Assembly: GCA_965221905.1 (NCBI GenBank)
Contig: OZ244922.1
Location: 1,472,001 to 1,536,000 of the forward strand
DNA from: Chloroflexota bacterium
Lineage (GTDB): Bacteria > Chloroflexota > UBA11872 > VXOZ01
DNA: 64,000 nt
Direction of reading: 5' to 3'
In this document: one piece after another, positions 57,620 to 64,000 of the stretch
Numbering within the stretch: the first letter of the stretch is position 1
How the letters are laid out: each line of letters begins with the position of its first letter
The notes under the pieces: model-generated
What the model saw: the letters and a program-made list of their open reading frames with translations, nothing else
Told to the model about the DNA's origin: nothing
Databases searched by the model: none
Made by a program: the position numbers and the translations under genes

Positions 57620-58600
57620 CTAGTTCTCTTCTGTGCCGCTGGTGCTTGTACCATACAGTCTCCGTTTCACCAGATTGAGGTACTCGGCACCTATCACACC
57701 CCCATGGGAAGAAGCGTATAGATAGACAGTAGGATCGTAGTCGTCGAGGCCGGAGGTCGTGACAATGCGTGCTGAGTCCAGGCCCTGTTCTTTGAGCCAA
57801 CGCAGCACGTGCCAGAGCAGCGCCGAGCCGATACGGCGCCCACTGTAGTCGCGGCGCACGAGCAGTCCCCAATCGAACGTGATGTCATCCGCCACGGCTT
57901 TGGCGTCGCAGAGACCCACTATGTCGCCATCGAGCCGCGCGGCAAACAACGTCTGCGGCGCGGCCTTGCCGAACGCAGCGACCCGCGCTTCCACGCGGGC
58001 GCGCATCTCTTGCGCCAGTTGCTCGTTGGGGGGCGCGTCCGGCGTGGCGGGATATTCGACGCGGTGCCAACGTGTGTCTTCTTTGTACTCTTTCCACCAG
58101 CGCCAATATGGTTGGTAGCTGCTGAGTACGAAGTCGGTAAGGAACGCCGGATCCGGCTTGGATTGCTCTTCGATGGTGAATTCGTGGGTTGTTTCGAGCT
58201 CGCCGAGGGACTGCAAATCCCACGTCAGCAGCACCATTTTGCGGGATGCCCAGTAGCCGCGCTCGTAGAACGGCACAGTGGCGCCCTCGCCGTCGCGTAC
58301 GATGGCGTCGATCTTCGTCACTCCTCGCGCCTTCAAGCTCTCTTCAGCAGCCGCGATTAAGGACTCCTCGATTCCCTGACGAGCGTAGTCTTCATGCACG
58401 GAGAGGTCGGCGATGAGGCCGTGCGTACGGCGCGCGTCTTCCCGCGAGGCAAGGCGCACCGCTCCGGCGATCTCGGCGCCGTCTTTGGCGAGCAGGATCT
58501 CGCTGGGGCCGTAGGTGAGCAGGTTGAGTTCTTCGCGGGTGCCTAGCACGTGCTCGGGCACCGGCGTCAACGCTTCAATAACGAGAGCAGTTTTCTTCAA
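57620..58600 (-). CDS. Tandem GNAT-family acetyltransferase
   Basis: Two acetyl-CoA-binding motifs (YARQGI..L and YSGRRIGSAL); FYxxxGY. Confidence 0.75.
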   Translation of the reverse strand: MKKTALVIEALTPVPEHVLGTREELNLLTYGPSEILLAKDGAEIAGAVRLASREDARRTHGLIADLSVHEDYARQGIEESLIAAAEESLKARGVTKIDAIVRDGEGATVPFYERGYWASRKMVLLTWDLQSLGELETTHEFTIEEQSKPDPAFLTDFVLSSYQPYWRWWKEYKEDTRWHRVEYPATPDAPPNEQLAQEMRARVEARVAAFGKAAPQTLFAARLDGDIVGLCDAKAVADDITFDWGLLVRRDYSGRRIGSALLWHVLRWLKEQGLDSARIVTTSGLDDYDPTVYLYASSHGGVIGAEYLNLVKRRLYGTSTSGTEEN

Positions 58601-58634
58601 GGTAATTCACTAGTAAGAGTGCTGCGAGCCGCGG

Positions 58635-59105
58635 TCACCGGCTCAGGATTTCCAATTGTACGTCAAAACGACCCGTATTGAACGGCGACAATTGAACGAA
58701 CGCCGCTTCGCTCAGGTCAATCCACATAAAGCCCGGTGAAGGAGCGTGGTCCTTTACCGTAACGACGATTGTAGCCCCGGTTGCAAGCCGAGTCACGCGT
58801 ACCACGGTGCCCAAGCGGAAGAAGGGACTGGCGGCGATGCTTGGGTCGTAGCGGTTGTATGGTTCACCATTTGCCATGGTGCCGCCGTGGAGGGATGGGT
58901 GGTAATAGGTAGCGTTACCGTACTCGATTTGCGTTACCGTGTATTCCGACTGGCTGCGCAGGAAGGCCGGAGGGCGAAAGCGCGTCAGGTTCGTCTGCGA
59001 GCCATCTTCTTCCTCGACGACAAACGAGAATGCCGATGCCGGCGTTACCGGCGCCAGGCACACCAAGAAGATAATGAGCAGTCTTGCCGCGAATTTTCTC
59101 ACCAT
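58635..59105 (-). CDS. RlpA-like double-psi beta-barrel (lytic transglycosylase-like) secreted protein
   Basis: G.ATYY...G..MANGE.Y, GTxVxVT, IDLS..AF; signal peptide. Confidence 0.8.
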   Translation of the reverse strand: MVRKFAARLLIIFLVCLAPVTPASAFSFVVEEEDGSQTNLTRFRPPAFLRSQSEYTVTQIEYGNATYYHPSLHGGTMANGEPYNRYDPSIAASPFFRLGTVVRVTRLATGATIVVTVKDHAPSPGFMWIDLSEAAFVQLSPFNTGRFDVQLEILSR

Positions 59106-59341
59106 GGTACTCCCATGACTCTTTGTTACTTCGCCTTCTTATAGCGCATCGGAGGCATAGTCGTCAACATTGGCGCACGCTATTGGCGTTGCGTGATGGC
59201 AGAATGGGAATTCTCTCATGAAGCCCGCTACAGGTCAAGGTCGGCGGGTTTGACCGTCGCGCTAGGGCTACGCTACAATCGAAATTAGTGGTGCGAGTGC
59301 AATGGTGGGCCATGAGGCCCATAACGGGGATTAGGAAACTC

Positions 59342-59722
59342 ATGTCCACTCGCTGTTCTGACAAGGATGCTGAGTGCGCGATTGCGCGTACCGCCTCATT
59401 GATTTGCGGTCGCTGGACACTGCTGATTCTGCGCGACCTTGCCGCAAGCCCGCAGCGCTTCTGCACGCTGGAACGCTCCCTCGAAGGCATTAGCCCCAAC
59501 ACTTTGGTCGAGAGACTCCGCACGCTGGAGGAAGAGCAGATCATTACGCGCCGGGCCTATGCGGAGATTCCGCCGCGGGTAGAATATACCCTCACTGAAA
59601 AAGGCAGCGCGCTCGTCCCGGTGCTCGAAGTGATGCGACTCTACGGCGAGCGGTGGCTCAAACCGAACGAGAAAGATCTCGTAGAGTCTGTGTCCGGTAC
59701 AAGCGCGGTCACCCTGAGGTAA
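59342..59722 (+). CDS. HxlR family transcriptional regulator
   Basis: C.I......W..LIL..L..RF..L..GIS..L..RL..LE..PPRVEYxLTxKG. Confidence 0.92.
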   Translation: MSTRCSDKDAECAIARTASLICGRWTLLILRDLAASPQRFCTLERSLEGISPNTLVERLRTLEEEQIITRRAYAEIPPRVEYTLTEKGSALVPVLEVMRLYGERWLKPNEKDLVESVSGTSAVTLR

Positions 59723-59921
59723 GTATCTGATAAAAGTTCTTATAGTAAGGATCGACCGCACATCGGAAATTCATTCAATTCTTAGGGCCTCTGCTGCGTA
59801 ACCAAGCGGTAGAGGACTTTTGCATTAACGACAGCGGGCTCTGAGGATGGAACCAACAGAGCCCACTGTTCGGCCACTTCCGTAAACACACTCTTGCGTG
59901 CAAACGACATTCCGAGGCGGA

Positions 59922-61883
<1,962 letters not shown>

Positions 61884-62199
61884 CGTGTCCTCCTGCGTTT
61901 GGCACAGCACAACCCGGCTGCCAAGTTAGGTGCATGTTTGGGTGCCATAATAGCATAGCGTTTCTGGTGCTTCAATCACGGCTGCGTTTACGCATGGGTG
62001 GTTCTCAGGTAAGATTGAAGCTAGAAGCAGTGCACGTCTGGTGCAGGCTGTAACTCTCCGCTTCTTTAGAGGTGCGCGGTACAGGACACGCAGTCATATG
62101 TGATGCACTGAAGGCATCCGCCGCTGCAGCCACCTGCTATGAGGCCGCAAACGGCTGCATTCGAACCGCAGTTTCTTGCGATAGGAAGTAGCAATCAGC

Positions 62200-63903
62200 G
62201 TGGCATCTTCAACTGCTGAGTTCTCCGGACACGGTGTTGCCTCTGCGGGGATCTATGTCCACCAGATTACGCGATTCGGCCGGCGCTTGCGCTTGCTGGC
62301 GGTGCTGACGCGAGGTGCTCGCGCCTTGTGGATTGCGGCACTGCTCTATGTCGGTCTCTCATTAATCGGCTCACTAATTTGGCCGCAGTTTCCCATCTTT
62401 GCGGCCAGTTTCTTGCTTGCAATCGGCGTGTTCCTCGCGCTGGTGGTTCCTACTCTGGTGCGGCGACTCAGCCCGCTCGACATTGCCAAAGCCTATGACG
62501 CCCGCTTAGCTCTGTCTGAACGCCTAGCCACGGCGGTGGAGCTGCTGGGTCGGTCCGATGAAAGCCCATTTCGTGCCGTGCTTCTCGTCGATGCGTGGCG
62601 CCACGCGCAAGAGATTCGGCCCGGAAAAGTGTACCCGTTGCGCATCCCGCAAAGGGACGTGCTATTGCTGATAGTAGGATTGGTGGCGCTCTTTCTTTGG
62701 GAAATATTTCCTTATATGGCCGGTCAACTAGCGCCCCTTGCGCCCTTGGCGTATCAGGTAGCGGCAGTGCGCGAAGGCACACTGATAGAGCGTACGACGC
62801 CGGACGCATTGGTGGTGGGTGAAGAGGCACTGAGTCCCGCTGCTAATAAGGATTTGGCCGACCCGGCAGCGGCGCAGGAGTCGGCGCAATCCGCACTGGA
62901 CCAGCCGCTGCTCACCCAGGCTGAGCTCAATCAGCAGCAGACTCAAGCGCAGCAAGGCCAAGCGGCAGAAGAAGGAGAAGCCGCAGGAGGCGAAGAAGGA
63001 GAGGCTGGATTCTCCGACCTTGCCCAGCAGCTTCAGGATTCGCGTAATCCCCTAGTCGACCAACAGGCAGCCGCCCTCAGCGAGGTAGGCCGGGAGCTCT
63101 CGCAAGCGCGGCCGTCACGTGAGGCCGGACAGAACCTGGAGCGCGGCAGCTACGAGCAAGCAGCGCAAGCCCTAGAGGACCTGGCGAGCCAAGTGCGCGA
63201 CTTGTCGCGAGAGGACCGCAATGACATGACCGACGCATTTGCAAAGGCAGCCGAGCGCGCCCAGCAGGCTGACCCGCGTCTTGCCCAGGAGTTGGCGGAC
63301 GTGAGTCGAGAGGTAGCATCATACAACGACCGCGCGACTGAGCGTGAGCTGCAGGAACTCGGCGATGCCATTAAGGAACGCGGGCAGCGCATACAAGCTC
63401 AGCAGCAGCTTGAACAGCAAGCCGATCAACTGCGCGCCGGCGCCGGCGGTGAGGAATCCGGGGGACAGCAGGGAGACGCGCAACAACAGATGGCACAGGC
63501 GCAGCAAGCGTTCAACACGTCGGCCTTCACAGAGCAGTCAGGGCCGTCCCAGCGGCAGGACTCTTGGCAACTCCAGGGAGCGCAGAGCGGCCCAAGCCAG
63601 GGCGGCAGCAATCGCGGCGAGGAGTCATTCAGCCCGGGAGCGGAGGCGCCCCGCTTGCAGATCGAACAGAAGCCGTCCGTGGTCTTGGCAGATAGAGGGG
63701 TGGGCCCGTCCCTCTGGTCGCCGCAACGCGCGCCGGTGGTAGTCCCCGGTCCGGGCACGGCCCCCGCGCAATTCGGTGTAACCGACGCCGGCAACGCTAT
63801 CGTTTCCTCCGGCGGCGCCAGTCACTTCGTGCCCTGGATGGTAGCCGACTACGTTCAACAATACTTCAACGCCCTATCAAACGCTTTGGAGCAATCACCA
63901 TGA
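62200..63903 (+). CDS. Membrane-anchored coiled-coil protein associated with a MoxR locus
   Basis: Three N-terminal TM segments, ERLATA.E motif, Gln/Gly-rich coiled coil, VP...V..YF C-terminus; ATGA overlap with the MoxR-like gene. Confidence 0.65.
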   Translation: MASSTAEFSGHGVASAGIYVHQITRFGRRLRLLAVLTRGARALWIAALLYVGLSLIGSLIWPQFPIFAASFLLAIGVFLALVVPTLVRRLSPLDIAKAYDARLALSERLATAVELLGRSDESPFRAVLLVDAWRHAQEIRPGKVYPLRIPQRDVLLLIVGLVALFLWEIFPYMAGQLAPLAPLAYQVAAVREGTLIERTTPDALVVGEEALSPAANKDLADPAAAQESAQSALDQPLLTQAELNQQQTQAQQGQAAEEGEAAGGEEGEAGFSDLAQQLQDSRNPLVDQQAAALSEVGRELSQARPSREAGQNLERGSYEQAAQALEDLASQVRDLSREDRNDMTDAFAKAAERAQQADPRLAQELADVSREVASYNDRATERELQELGDAIKERGQRIQAQQQLEQQADQLRAGAGGEESGGQQGDAQQQMAQAQQAFNTSAFTEQSGPSQRQDSWQLQGAQSGPSQGGSNRGEESFSPGAEAPRLQIEQKPSVVLADRGVGPSLWSPQRAPVVVPGPGTAPAQFGVTDAGNAIVSSGGASHFVPWMVADYVQQYFNALSNALEQSP

Positions 63904-64000
63904 TCTCACGGCCAACCGAAGAACGGATCGCACACTTCCAAACGCTCAGCCATGATATCCGCGCCGAGCTGGGGAAAGTCATCGTCGGCCAGAAAGCGGT
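63900..64000 (+). CDS. MoxR-type AAA+ ATPase, 3'-truncated by the window edge
   Basis: MISRPTEERIAHFQTLSHDIRAELGKVIVGQ; the KVIVGQ N-terminus is typical of MoxR. Confidence 0.65.
   Translation, partial: MISRPTEERIAHFQTLSHDIRAELGKVIVGQKA

Overview
A GC-rich bacterial chromosomal segment, probably from a Chloroflexota. That placement is an inference from gene style and context (secG followed by a peptide-binding protein, a C39-TPR protein, tRNA-Sec, no outer-membrane genes). Most of the window is housekeeping: the trkA 3' end, nth, prfB with its programmed +1 frameshift, mobB, an ilvB-ilvN-ilvC-leuA operon behind a probable leader-peptide attenuator, tRNA-Ser(CGA), a MacAB/FtsX-type ABC exporter operon, HU, a PLD, an Rrf2-sufC-sufB-[IS5]-sufD-ferredoxin-sufS-sufU operon, tRNA-Sec, hisI-hisE, secG, several sugar/acid catabolic enzymes, sod, acs and the start of a MoxR locus. 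The non-routine signals are: (1) an unannotated, apparently self-contained transcription unit at ~520-890 (promoter, strong RBS, 28-aa peptide, highly structured RNA, terminator); (2) a duplicated ABC-permease ectodomain whose first TM helix appears to have become a lipoprotein signal; (3) a REP-associated tyrosine transposase flanked by polarised tandem REP arrays; (4) a 233-bp MITE with a 5-bp target duplication inserted into the loop of a REP-like palindrome while carrying copies of that same palindrome; (5) a 37-bp tandem array; (6) a HisI with a variant metal-binding motif. No CRISPR array or rRNA was seen. All product calls come from motif recognition by eye, not database searches.
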